Shown in pieces: positions 48,744-58,234 of a DNA stretch of 64,000 nucleotides. The first letter of the stretch is position 1. Each line of letters starts with the position of its first letter. The translations under genes were made by a program, and so were the position numbers. Origin of the DNA: an uncultured Bacteroidales bacterium (GTDB lineage Bacteria > Bacteroidota > Bacteroidia > Bacteroidales > UBA932); assembly GCA_949295645.1 (NCBI GenBank), contig CASFLY010000159.1, positions 494 to 64,493 of the forward strand, read 5' to 3'. The notes under the pieces were generated by a model that was not told the DNA's origin, did no database searches, and saw only the letters and a program-made list of their open reading frames with translations.

Positions 48744-49520
48744 ATGGTAAGGCCGAAAACTGAAGAAGAGATAGCGCTGATGCGCGAGAATGCCATTCTC
48801 GTATCCAAGACATTGGCTGAGGTCGGTAAGGCGGTTGCCCCAGGTGTGACAACTCTCGAGTTGAATAGGGTGGCCGAGACTTTCATCCGTGACCACGGGG
48901 CTATACCGAGCTTCTTAGGTTATGAAGGCTTTCCTGCCGCTCTCTGTATTTCTGTAAATGATGTCGTGGTTCACGGCTTTCCTTCGGACTATGTTCTGAA
49001 AGAGGGCGACATCGTGTCGGTGGACTGCGGTACTCTGTACAAGGGATACAACGGTGATTCGGCGTACACTTTCCCCGTAGGGGAGGTGGATGCAGAAACC
49101 CGGAAACTCCTGGATGTCACCAAGGAGTCTCTGTACAAGGGAATAGAGAAAGCGGTGGACGGAAACAGGATAGGCGATATCGGACACGCGGTGCAATCGT
49201 ATGCCGAATCTTTCGGTTTCTCAGTAGTGCGCGAGCTTGAAGGTCATGGAATCGGAAAGCAGATGCATGAGAATCCGGGAGTCCCGAACTACGGCAGACC
49301 GGGCAGAGGCCCGAAGCTCGTCAGCGGAATGACAATCTGCATAGAGCCGATGATTAATGCAGGTACCAGAAATGTGTATTTAGCTAAGAATGGTTGGGCA
49401 GTACACACGGCGGACCACAGGAAATCGGCGCATTTCGAGCTTACGGTTGTTGTCAGAAAAGACGTTCCTGAAGTACTGTCGACCTTTGATTTCATTGAAA
49501 AACCCGATGTTGAATTATAA
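48744..49520 (+). CDS. map: Type I methionine aminopeptidase
   Basis: CISVNDVVVHG, GHGIG, IEPMIN and SAHFE motifs. Confidence 0.96.
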   Translation: MVRPKTEEEIALMRENAILVSKTLAEVGKAVAPGVTTLELNRVAETFIRDHGAIPSFLGYEGFPAALCISVNDVVVHGFPSDYVLKEGDIVSVDCGTLYKGYNGDSAYTFPVGEVDAETRKLLDVTKESLYKGIEKAVDGNRIGDIGHAVQSYAESFGFSVVRELEGHGIGKQMHENPGVPNYGRPGRGPKLVSGMTICIEPMINAGTRNVYLAKNGWAVHTADHRKSAHFELTVVVRKDVPEVLSTFDFIEKPDVEL

Positions 49521-49531
49521 AGTGATATTTT

Positions 49532-49750
49532 ATGCCGAAACAGTCAGCAATAGAACAGGAGGGAGTCATCGTCGAGACGCTTCCGAACGCAATGTTCAAG
49601 GTGGAATTGGAGAACGGACACGTTATCCTGGCTCATATCTCCGGGAAAATGAGAATGCACTATATCAAGATTCTGCCGGGTGACAGGGTAAAGGTAGAAA
49701 TGTCACCGTATGATTTGACAAAAGGAAGAATTTCGTTCAGGTACAAATAA
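49532..49750 (+). CDS. infA: Translation initiation factor IF-1
   Basis: [29 protein letters not shown]. Confidence 0.98.
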   Translation: MPKQSAIEQEGVIVETLPNAMFKVELENGHVILAHISGKMRMHYIKILPGDRVKVEMSPYDLTKGRISFRYK

Positions 49751-49763
49751 AATTATTACGATA

Positions 49764-49880
49764 ATGAGAGTCAAGGCATCCATCAAAAAGCGCAGCGAAG
49801 ACTGCAAGATCGTCAAGCGTAAGGGCCGTCTTTACGTGATCTGCAAGAAGAACCCTAAATTCAAGATGCGCCAGGGATAA
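49764..49880 (+). CDS. rpmJ: 50S ribosomal protein L36 (38 aa, not in the ORF track)
   Basis: Translated by hand: [38 protein letters not shown]. Confidence 0.96.
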   Translation: MRVKASIKKRSEDCKIVKRKGRLYVICKKNPKFKMRQG

Positions 49881-49920
49881 TTTTTATTTAGTTGAATAAT
49901 AAATAAAATAAAGAATAATT

Positions 49921-50298
49921 ATGGCAAGAATAGCCGGAGTTGATTTACCTAACAACAAAAGAGGAGAAATAGGTCTTACCTATATCTTCGGAATCGGTCG
50001 CAGCTCAGCCAGGAAGATCCTCTCTGGTCTCGGAATTGATTTCGATACCAAAGTGGGCGAATGGAACGACGAGCAGATAGCAGGAATCCGTAACGTGATC
50101 GCGACCGAGTACAAGATCGAAGGAGAACTTCGTTCCACCATCCAGATGAACATCAAGCGTCTGATGGATATCGGCTGCTACAGAGGCATCCGTCACCGTA
50201 TAGGCCTTCCGGTACGCGGGCAGAGCACGAAGAACAATGCCCGTACAAGGAAAGGCAAGAAGAAAACCGTTGCAAACAAGAAGAAGGCAACCAAATAA
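49921..50298 (+). CDS. rpsM: 30S ribosomal protein S13
   Basis: [10 protein letters not shown] and [26 protein letters not shown] motifs. Confidence 0.98.
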   Translation: MARIAGVDLPNNKRGEIGLTYIFGIGRSSARKILSGLGIDFDTKVGEWNDEQIAGIRNVIATEYKIEGELRSTIQMNIKRLMDIGCYRGIRHRIGLPVRGQSTKNNARTRKGKKKTVANKKKATK

Positions 50299-50311
50299 CG
50301 GGAGATGAATT

Positions 50312-50704
50312 ATGGCAAAGAAAACGACATCAACGAACAAGAAGAGAGTTGTCAAGGTTGACGCATACGGCGAGGCTCATATTTCATCAACCTTCAACAA
50401 CGTGATCGTGACCCTCACCAACAGCATCGGTCAGGTCATCAGCTGGTCTTCTGCCGGAAAGAGCGGCTTCAGGGGATCAAAGAAGAACACCCCTTACGCA
50501 GCGCAGGTAGCTGCAGCCGATGCGGCCAAGACTGCATACGACCTCGGCCTCCGCAAGGTAAAGGCATACGTAAAGGGCCCTGGTGCAGGCCGTGAGTCCG
50601 CTATCAGAACCATCCACGGAGCAGGAATCGAGATCACCGAGATTATCGACGTGACTCCTATGCCGCACAACGGATGTAGACCGAAAGGCCGTCGTAAAGT
50701 TTAA
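50312..50704 (+). CDS. rpsK: 30S ribosomal protein S11
   Basis: [14 protein letters not shown] and [12 protein letters not shown] motifs. Confidence 0.98.
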   Translation: MAKKTTSTNKKRVVKVDAYGEAHISSTFNNVIVTLTNSIGQVISWSSAGKSGFRGSKKNTPYAAQVAAADAAKTAYDLGLRKVKAYVKGPGAGRESAIRTIHGAGIEITEIIDVTPMPHNGCRPKGRRKV

Positions 50705-50730
50705 TTTTTTATTGATAAGGGAAAATTACT

Positions 50731-51333
50731 ATGGCAAGATATATCGGACCAACTACTAAAATCGCCCGTAAGTTCGGCGAGCCTATCTTCGGTACTGACA
50801 AGGATTTCGAAAAAAGGAATTATCCTCCGGGACAGCACGGTTTGGCAAGGAAGCGCAAGAAAGTTTCCGAGTACGGTACCCAGCTGAAAGAGAAGCAGAA
50901 AGTGAAATATACCTACGGAGTTCTCGAAAGACAGTTCCGCAACACTTACGAGAAAGCTTCCCGCATGAAGGGTCAGAAAGGCGAGAACCTCATCATGCTT
51001 CTTGAGTCCCGTCTCGACAATATCGTATACCGTCTCGGTATCGCTCCTACGAGAGCGGCTGCGAGGCAGCTTGTGACACACTGCCACATCACCCTGAACG
51101 GTGTCGTATGCAACATTCCTTCCGCTACCGTAAAGCCGGGTGACATTGTGGCTGTCAGGGAAAGGTCCAAGAGCCTGGAAGTGATCCAGAGCAGCGTCGC
51201 TTCGGCCCCTAAGTACTCGTGGCTCGAATTCGATGCAAAGGCCCTGACCGGGAAATACCTCAATGTCCCTGTAAGGGAAGACATTCCGGAAACAATCAAC
51301 GAACAGCTCATCGTCGAATTGTACTCTAAATAA
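50731..51333 (+). CDS. rpsD: 30S ribosomal protein S4
   Basis: [26 protein letters not shown] and [10 protein letters not shown] motifs. Confidence 0.98.
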   Translation: MARYIGPTTKIARKFGEPIFGTDKDFEKRNYPPGQHGLARKRKKVSEYGTQLKEKQKVKYTYGVLERQFRNTYEKASRMKGQKGENLIMLLESRLDNIVYRLGIAPTRAAARQLVTHCHITLNGVVCNIPSATVKPGDIVAVRERSKSLEVIQSSVASAPKYSWLEFDAKALTGKYLNVPVREDIPETINEQLIVELYSK

Positions 51334-51361
51334 TCGTTAACACCAATTAAGAAAAAATAAT

Positions 51362-52369
51362 ATGGCAATCTTAGCATTTCAGAAACCGGACAAGGTAATA
51401 ATGCTCGAAGGGACGGAAACCGTCGGCCGGTTCGAGTTCAGGCCTCTTGAGCCTGGATATGGACAGACCATCGGCAACGCTCTCCGCCGCATCCTGTTGT
51501 CTTCTCTGGAAGGTTTTGCTATCAATTCGGTCAAGATTTCGGGCGTGGACCAGGAGTTCGCGACCATCCCGGGTGTGATTGAGGGGATGCAGGACATTAT
51601 TCTGAATCTCAAACAGGTGAGATTCAAGAGAATGGTAGAAACTGTAGATTCCGAGGTAGCAAACATCGTAATCAGCGGCAAACAGGAGTTTACCGCGGAG
51701 GATATTTCCAAAGGATTGTCTTCTTTCAAGGTGTTGAATCCTGAACTGCACATCTGTTCACTCGAACCTTCCGTGAAGCTTGAGATTTCCCTCAACATAA
51801 GCAAGGGCCGCGGTTTCGTTCCTGCTGACGAGAATGTAGACTCCGACACTCCTATCGGAACCATTCCGGTGGATGCCATCTACACTCCTATCAAGAACGT
51901 GAACTGGATCGTGGACAACTGGCGTGTGGAGCAGAAGACCGATTATGAAAAGTTGACTCTTGAAATCATCACTGACGGCTCTATATCTCCTAAGCTTGCG
52001 CTTCAGGAGGCAGCCAACATCCTTATCTACCACTTCAAGCTGTTCACCGACGAGAAGAAGCTTTCTCTCGAAAGTGCGGTGGAGTCGGATTCCAAGGAGC
52101 TGGATGAAGAGTCTCTCAGAATGAGGCATCTGCTGCTGACCAAACTCTCGGACATGGGCCTTTCGGTAAGGGCTTACAACTGTCTGAAAGCAGCTGATAT
52201 CGATACATTTGCAGACCTTGTTTCCTATTCGAGATCGGAGCTTATGAAATTCAGGAATTTCGGAAGGAAATCCCTGAACGAGATAGACCTCCTGGTGGAG
52301 AAGATGAAACTTTCGTTCGGTATGGATGTATCCAAGTATAATATTGAACCAAAGAAAAAGACTGTATAA
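51362..52369 (+). CDS. rpoA: RNA polymerase alpha subunit
   Basis: [31 protein letters not shown] and RNFGRKSL motifs. Confidence 0.98.
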   Translation: MAILAFQKPDKVIMLEGTETVGRFEFRPLEPGYGQTIGNALRRILLSSLEGFAINSVKISGVDQEFATIPGVIEGMQDIILNLKQVRFKRMVETVDSEVANIVISGKQEFTAEDISKGLSSFKVLNPELHICSLEPSVKLEISLNISKGRGFVPADENVDSDTPIGTIPVDAIYTPIKNVNWIVDNWRVEQKTDYEKLTLEIITDGSISPKLALQEAANILIYHFKLFTDEKKLSLESAVESDSKELDEESLRMRHLLLTKLSDMGLSVRAYNCLKAADIDTFADLVSYSRSELMKFRNFGRKSLNEIDLLVEKMKLSFGMDVSKYNIEPKKKTV

Positions 52370-52372
52370 AAA

Positions 52373-52942
52373 ATGAGGCACAATAAATCATTCAATCATC
52401 TTAGCCGCAAGAGCGGACACCGTAAGGCTCTTCTCGCCAATATGGCAGTTTCTCTTATCGAGCACAAGAGGATCGTGACGACAGAAGCCAAGGCTAAGGC
52501 TCTCAAGATGTATGTAGAACCTCTTATCTCGAAGTCGAAAGAGGATACTACACATTCACGCCGTGTCGTGTTCAGCTACCTCAAGAAGAAAGAGGCCGTA
52601 ACGGAACTCTTCCGCAACATAGCTCCTAAGGTGGCCGGCCGTCCGGGCGGATACACAAGGGTGCTCAAGGTCGGATTCCGTCAGGGCGACGGTGCGGATA
52701 TGGCTCTTATCGAACTGGTAGACTTCAACGAGGCAGCTCTTGCAGCTTCTCCTAAGAAAGAGGCCAAGAAGCCGTCTACGCGCCGCAGCCGTTCGAAGAA
52801 GGCAGCCGCTCCTGCAGAGGAGACAAAGGCTCCGGAGACCGTAGAAACGGCCCCGGTGGCTGAAGCAGCTCCGGCCGAGGAACCAAAGGTGGAGGAAACT
52901 CCTGCCGCAGAGGCTCCTGCAGAGGAAAAGAAAGCTGAATAA
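52373..52942 (+). CDS. rplQ: 50S ribosomal protein L17 with an Ala/Glu/Pro-rich tail
   Basis: [15 protein letters not shown] and [14 protein letters not shown] motifs. Confidence 0.98.
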   Translation: MRHNKSFNHLSRKSGHRKALLANMAVSLIEHKRIVTTEAKAKALKMYVEPLISKSKEDTTHSRRVVFSYLKKKEAVTELFRNIAPKVAGRPGGYTRVLKVGFRQGDGADMALIELVDFNEAALAASPKKEAKKPSTRRSRSKKAAAPAEETKAPETVETAPVAEAAPAEEPKVEETPAAEAPAEEKKAE

Positions 52943-52987
52943 GCCCGCTTCTCAGGATAAAGAAGAAGCCGATCCGAATTTTGATGA

Positions 52988-53026
52988 AGAACCCCGAAAG
53001 TACTCAGACTTTCGGGGTTCTCATTT
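52988..53026 (+). terminator. Terminator of the ribosomal operon
   Basis: AGAACCCCGAAAGT pairs with ACTTTCGGGGTTCT, followed by an AT-rich tail. Confidence 0.8.
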
Positions 53027-53059
53027 ATTAAATGCCTATCCGCAAAAGTATCCCTACAC

Positions 53060-53143
53060 TGCCATTTCGACCGGAGGGCATAACCCGAAGTGGAGGAATC
53101 TGTATTTGAGATAACAGATCCCTCCACTTCGCTCGGGATGACA
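53060..53143. repeat. Inverted pair of GTC-tagged REP elements (REPIN-like)
   Basis: TGCCATTTCGACCGGAG..CGAAGTGGAGGAATCT on plus and TGTCATCCCGAGCGAAGTGGAGGGATCT on minus, separated by 14 nt. Confidence 0.85.
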
Positions 53144-53166
53144 TCCCGGAAAGGGTACAATCGGAA

Positions 53167-54603
53167 CTATTCCCAGTTGTCAGACCTGAACGGACTGGCA
53201 GGGACTCCGTAGCAGTTGAAGAGTGTGGCTTCAGACCAGTTGTACATACCGTAGCGGACAGCCACAGGGGCCTTTACATCCGGGCTCTTCACGATGATGA
53301 CGCTCTTGTCATGGGCAACGCGTGCAGTGGCCGGATGGAAAACGCGATCCTCTCCTGCAAGCTCGAAGCCCGGAAGATCGAGGTTTATCGGGCTGAGACC
53401 CATATTGTCCACGGCGAATTTCACCTTGGCCGTTTCCCCTTCGAATTCCACGCTCTGGAAAATCGGAGGATTAGGGTCGAACCCTTTCGCCCCATAGTCG
53501 TTGAACAGAGCCAGTCCTGCAAGCCTGTCACCGACATTCTTTTTGGCGGCAGGGTGGATGCACTCCAGTTCTCCGGAATCATGCGTAGCCGCCATCCCGC
53601 TGTGAGGTATCTTGGCTAATGTCTGAGCCTGTGCCCACATCATGTAGCCGCCTTCCCTTTTCTGAGGGGCGCCATAGCTGTACGGGGCGATCTGTGTGAA
53701 ATAGAATGGCATGTCCTCGTTGCCCCACTGTTCGCGGAGCATCTCGACGAATGCTGGCTGAAGTCTCGTGTACTGTTCGAACCGCGTCCTGTTTTCGCAT
53801 CCCTGATACCAGATGAAGCCCTTGGCCGTGAAAGGAACCACGCTGTGGAGCATTCCGTTATAAAGTACGGCCGGTGCTTTCTGAGGATCTTTCTTCGGGA
53901 ATTCGTTCCTGTCGTAGAAACTCAGGTCGAACTCTTCAGCAAAACCGTCTTTCAGGACATCGCGGTCCATCCAGGCTTCGATAGGGGTTCCGCCCCAGGA
54001 CACGTTGATGATGCCTATCGGGATGCGGAGCGCCTCGTAGAGCCTCAATGCGAAGAAGTAGGCTGTGGCACTGGCTTCTGAAACACCTTCGGAGTCGTGT
54101 ACATACCAGGTGGCAGGGCAGTCGAATTCCTCATTCAGGGACTTGATGCGCCTGAGGTTGCAGGACCTTATCGGAACTTCCGGCCTGGCAGTGCTGATAT
54201 AGAAGGCTGCATCCTTGACCGGCTGGCCCCCGAAGCCTTTCATCTGCATTTCCATATTCGACTGGCCGGAGCATATCCAGACTTCACCTAAAAGCACGTT
54301 CTTGATGCTGATTTCGTTTTTGGCACCCTTTATGGTGACTTCGTACGGGCCTCCGGCCGAAACGGTGCCGATTCTTGCAGACCAGTTCCCGTCCTGGTCG
54401 GCAGTGACGACGGCCTTTTCAGACGACCAGGTCTGTGAAATCGTGATTTTTTCCTTGGGAGCGGCCTTGCCCCAGAATGCGACGTCGGCGTTCTGCTGGA
54501 GAACCATATTGTCCGAAAATACGCTCGGAACGACTACCTCTGCCCTGACAGTCGCGGCAAGACCGGACAGCAGGAATACGAACAACAGTAATTTTGCTTT
54601 CAT
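53167..54603 (-). CDS. Sialate O-acetylesterase (SASA) family carbohydrate esterase
   Basis: FSDNMVLQQ, GEVWICSGQSNME, IWYQG, IHP and PASPFRSD motifs. Confidence 0.92.
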   Translation of the reverse strand: MKAKLLLFVFLLSGLAATVRAEVVVPSVFSDNMVLQQNADVAFWGKAAPKEKITISQTWSSEKAVVTADQDGNWSARIGTVSAGGPYEVTIKGAKNEISIKNVLLGEVWICSGQSNMEMQMKGFGGQPVKDAAFYISTARPEVPIRSCNLRRIKSLNEEFDCPATWYVHDSEGVSEASATAYFFALRLYEALRIPIGIINVSWGGTPIEAWMDRDVLKDGFAEEFDLSFYDRNEFPKKDPQKAPAVLYNGMLHSVVPFTAKGFIWYQGCENRTRFEQYTRLQPAFVEMLREQWGNEDMPFYFTQIAPYSYGAPQKREGGYMMWAQAQTLAKIPHSGMAATHDSGELECIHPAAKKNVGDRLAGLALFNDYGAKGFDPNPPIFQSVEFEGETAKVKFAVDNMGLSPINLDLPGFELAGEDRVFHPATARVAHDKSVIIVKSPDVKAPVAVRYGMYNWSEATLFNCYGVPASPFRSDNWE

Positions 54604-54640
54604 TGCTTATGTGTTTTTGTATTTGGAATCCGTATCGGGG

Positions 54641-56560
54641 TTATTCATTCATACTTGTGATTACGGCACGGTTCCCTTTGGCAATCCTGTCGGTATCCAC
54701 TTTTATCACGGCACGGTCGTACGTGATAAGACCGTTCACCTCTCCCTCTACATCGGTGGTCTGCGTATACACTGCAGCGGCATAGCCGACCTTTATCAGG
54801 GTCTTGAGCTCTTCCAGGTACACTTCGTACTGCGACATCAGCTCTTCGGAAGACGATTTCACGCCTTCGTAGCCCCATTTTTCGGATATGTTCCAGGTAT
54901 GGCCAGGTATCACATAGCCGATACCGCCGTATTCGCCGACTACATTGATGAATTTCCTTTCGAAGAATTTCTGTGTAGGAGCAGGGTAGTTGTGGATGTC
55001 GATGATGTCTCCGCTCAGGCTGAAGTTTCCTCCCGAAGCCTCATTAATCAGACGCGTCGAGTCTATGGAACGGGTCAACGACACGATTTCAGGAGTGTCG
55101 AACTGGCCCCAGGCCTCGTTGAACGGTACCCATACCACGATGCACTGGAATCCTCTGAGAGACTTCATTATAGCTTCCCACTCTTTGCGGAAATTGTCTT
55201 TCCAGGCCTGAGGGACATCGCAGTCGGTTCCTCCGAGCAGGCTTCCGAAAGACCAGATATTGGTCTGGGCCTCCACTATTTCAGGATCGCGGGCCTCGCC
55301 CTGGATATCAATCACATAGTCGCCGCAGCAAGGCATATCCTGCCATACCATTATGCCGAGGACATCGCACCAGTAGTACCATCTTGCGGGCTCGACCTTG
55401 ATGTGCTTGCGTATCATGTTGAAACCGAGCTCTTTTGTCTTCACTATGTCGAATTTCAGGGCTTCGTCCGAAGGTGCAGTGTAGAGTCCGTCAGGCCACC
55501 ATCCCTGATCGAGAGGACCGAACTGGAAAAGCGGCTCCCCATTGAGGGCCATCCTTTTATAGCTGTGCAGGCCCTTATCCTCGCAGACGGAGATTTCGCG
55601 GATGGCAGTGTAGCCGTCGATGCTGTCGATGACTTTTCCGTCACGGGTGATTTCTATCTTCAGTCCGTAGAGGTATGGCGAGTCCGGTGACCAGAGTTTC
55701 ATATCCGGAACGCTGATGACTGCCTTCCCGTCTTTGGCTTCGGCCTTGGCTATGGCTGCTCCGGAAGCCGGATTTTCTGCAGAATAGCCCTCTCCGCCTT
55801 CGAAAAGGGAGACTGTCAGGACATCCTTTTCCGCTACGGCGGCATCCACGAACACGGTCACGCTGCCGTTGTCGATGTCGTTTTCAGTGTAATATCCGTC
55901 GATGTGGCTGAGCGGCACAGGCTCTATCCACACTGTCTGCCATATTCCGGACACCGGAGTGTACCAGATCCCGCTGTTGATAAGGCACTGTTTGCCTCGC
56001 GGCTGGAAACTGTTGTCCGAGGCATCCTGTACCTTGACGCGTAGGGTCTGCTGGCCGGATTTCTTCAGGTACGGGGTGATATCGAACGAGAACGGGTCGA
56101 ATCCTCCGGTATGGATACCGGCGGCATATCCGTTTACGAAGACTTCCGTTTTCCAGTCCACGGCCCCGAAATGCAGGATAATCCTTTCTCCGGCCCATTT
56201 CTTAGGTACGGTGAATGTCCTTTCGTACCACAGGGCATTTTCTTTCGTGATTTTCCGTCCCACTCCCGAGAGCGATGACTCCACGGCAAACGGCACGAGG
56301 ATTTCCCCCTCGGCCTTGAACCCGGTGGCCCCTGCTTCTGTGATGCCGTAGTCCCACAGCCCGTTCAGATTCATCCACTCCCCGCGGACCATCTGCGGCC
56401 TCGGATATTCCGGAAGCGGGCAGGAAGGGTCTATCTTTTCGGCCCAAGGGGTACGGATGTCGTCTCCTGCCGGAGCCCAGTTCCCGCCGTGAAGCGATGC
56501 CGTGCCGCAGAGAAATGCGGCGCATACGATGGCAAAATGTTTTAACGAATCGTTTTGCAT
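54641..56560 (-). CDS. GH2 family glycoside hydrolase
   Basis: PEYPRPQ, LHFGAVDW, GPLDQGWWPDGLYTAP, RKHIKVEP, FNEAWGQ, GEYGG and YTQTTDVEGEVNG motifs. Confidence 0.92.
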   Translation of the reverse strand: MQNDSLKHFAIVCAAFLCGTASLHGGNWAPAGDDIRTPWAEKIDPSCPLPEYPRPQMVRGEWMNLNGLWDYGITEAGATGFKAEGEILVPFAVESSLSGVGRKITKENALWYERTFTVPKKWAGERIILHFGAVDWKTEVFVNGYAAGIHTGGFDPFSFDITPYLKKSGQQTLRVKVQDASDNSFQPRGKQCLINSGIWYTPVSGIWQTVWIEPVPLSHIDGYYTENDIDNGSVTVFVDAAVAEKDVLTVSLFEGGEGYSAENPASGAAIAKAEAKDGKAVISVPDMKLWSPDSPYLYGLKIEITRDGKVIDSIDGYTAIREISVCEDKGLHSYKRMALNGEPLFQFGPLDQGWWPDGLYTAPSDEALKFDIVKTKELGFNMIRKHIKVEPARWYYWCDVLGIMVWQDMPCCGDYVIDIQGEARDPEIVEAQTNIWSFGSLLGGTDCDVPQAWKDNFRKEWEAIMKSLRGFQCIVVWVPFNEAWGQFDTPEIVSLTRSIDSTRLINEASGGNFSLSGDIIDIHNYPAPTQKFFERKFINVVGEYGGIGYVIPGHTWNISEKWGYEGVKSSSEELMSQYEVYLEELKTLIKVGYAAAVYTQTTDVEGEVNGLITYDRAVIKVDTDRIAKGNRAVITSMNE

Positions 56561-56630
56561 TGTGTTTTGTTTTTAGTCTATGTGCCATTCCGGCATTTCC
56601 GGCGTCTGAGTCCGGTGCAGGATGACAAGG

Positions 56631-57638
56631 TTAATGTATTATGTAGCGATCTCCGTCTTTGCTGTATCCGAGGCCTGCGGAAAAACAGATGGATTCCAGC
56701 ACTGATTCCAGGGATTTGTTGTCGTGCGTTCCGGAAAGCCTGACCGAAGAGGTCGTGTCCCGCAGTTCGATGTCGCAGGAGTAATACCTGCGCAGGAGCC
56801 GTATCACTTCCGGCAAGGTCTGCTCCCTGAAGACGAGGCTGCCCCGTATCCAGACCAAGGCGTCTTCGGCATCGACACTGCTCCTCGAGACGGAACTGTC
56901 TGCCGTGTTTATGACAATCTCTTCATCGGGGCGCAGGCTCATCCGGATGTCGTCGTCTCCGTATGCGACTCCGACATGCCCGGAATTGACTGTCACGGAT
57001 TTGCGGATGTCGTCAGCATAGGCGCTGACATTGAAGGAAGTCCCCGTCACATTCACGTCCAGCTTTCCCGCATGGATGGAAAACGGGCATCCGGCATCCT
57101 TCATTACGTCGAAATAGGCTTCTCCGTCGAGCCAGACTTCACGGGTGTCTTTCCCGAAACGGGCATTGTATTTCAGGGTGGAGGCCACATTCATAGTCAC
57201 GGAAGTACCGTCCGGAAGCACGACATCGCGGATTTCTCCGGGTTTCGTGGTTATGTATTCGTACGAAGCCAGCTGCCTGGCCATCCTGTCCTGAAGGATT
57301 GAGGATACGGTATAATAGCCGCCTGCAATGATTACGGCCAGCGATGCCGCTATGGCCGCAATCCTGCCCGGACGTATCCTGCGGACCGGGGATTTCATAC
57401 GGCGGTGCTTCCTGATAAGGGCCAGGGCCTCCTTCCTGTACATTTCGTAGATGTCGGCATCCGGTGTCTCCTCCGGCTCGCTCTCCCAGACCCTGGAAGC
57501 TGCCGCATCTATTTCGGGCAGGGATACTGCATTCCTTTTCAGCAGATCGAAAAAGGCCGCCAGCTCATCCCTGGTGCAGGAGCGGTCGATGTATTTGATG
57601 ACAAGATCTCGTGTCAGTTCTTCGTCGGTCATAGGCAA
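56631..57638 (-). CDS. FecR-family anti-sigma factor
   Basis: TM segment IAAIAASLAV, VVLPDGTSV-MN, REVWLDGEAYFDV and VTGTSFNV motifs. Confidence 0.93.
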   Translation of the reverse strand: MPMTDEELTRDLVIKYIDRSCTRDELAAFFDLLKRNAVSLPEIDAAASRVWESEPEETPDADIYEMYRKEALALIRKHRRMKSPVRRIRPGRIAAIAASLAVIIAGGYYTVSSILQDRMARQLASYEYITTKPGEIRDVVLPDGTSVTMNVASTLKYNARFGKDTREVWLDGEAYFDVMKDAGCPFSIHAGKLDVNVTGTSFNVSAYADDIRKSVTVNSGHVGVAYGDDDIRMSLRPDEEIVINTADSSVSRSSVDAEDALVWIRGSLVFREQTLPEVIRLLRRYYSCDIELRDTTSSVRLSGTHDNKSLESVLESICFSAGLGYSKDGDRYIIH

Positions 57639-58234
57639 TGCAGATTGGTGATAAGGGTCAACAATGGGAAAATGATGTCGGAATGTTTTGAAACATATCG
57701 TTTTATGGACTTGAGAGAATCCGACATGTATTCCTGGACAGTATAGACGGACAGACCGAGCTGCCGGGCTATTTCCTTGTGGGACAGGTTGTCGTTGCGG
57801 CTCATGCAGAAAACCTGCCGCTGGCGTGGCGGCAGGCGCAGTATCGCGTTCTGCAGAAGTGCAAGGTAATCTTTTTCCATCAGCCTTTCGCTGCTTTCAG
57901 GCTCGTATTCCGGATTCCCGAAGTATGCCTGGGCGAATTTCCGGCTCAGGGTTTCCGACCTGGCCACGTGCTTCAGGTAGTTCAGGACCTTGTTCCTGGC
58001 TATCGTGTAGAGAAACGAAGAAAAGGATTTTTCCGGATCGAGGAATTCCCTGTTTTCCCAGACTTTGAGGAATATGTCCTGGGCATAGTTCTCCGCCAGG
58101 TCGTATGATTCGAGGAATTTGCTGCAGAAGTTGCACAGTTTCTTCCAATACCGCGCATACAGCTCGCAAAAGGCGTTTTCATCGCCTATTGCAAGCTGCT
58201 GCACGAGAAAGGAATCTGTTGCCCTCTGCCTCAT
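57629..58234 (-). CDS. ECF sigma-70 factor (Bacteroidetes PUL type)
   Basis: GDENAFCELY, QDIFLKVWE and LPPRQRQVF-MSR..LSHKEIA motifs. Confidence 0.93.
   Translation of the reverse strand: MRQRATDSFLVQQLAIGDENAFCELYARYWKKLCNFCSKFLESYDLAENYAQDIFLKVWENREFLDPEKSFSSFLYTIARNKVLNYLKHVARSETLSRKFAQAYFGNPEYEPESSERLMEKDYLALLQNAILRLPPRQRQVFCMSRNDNLSHKEIARQLGLSVYTVQEYMSDSLKSIKRYVSKHSDIIFPLLTLITNLHCL

Noticed and set aside
52730-52942. Low-complexity tail of L17, and zinc-ribbon-less S14 and L36
   Set aside because: These are common features of Bacteroidota ribosomal proteins.
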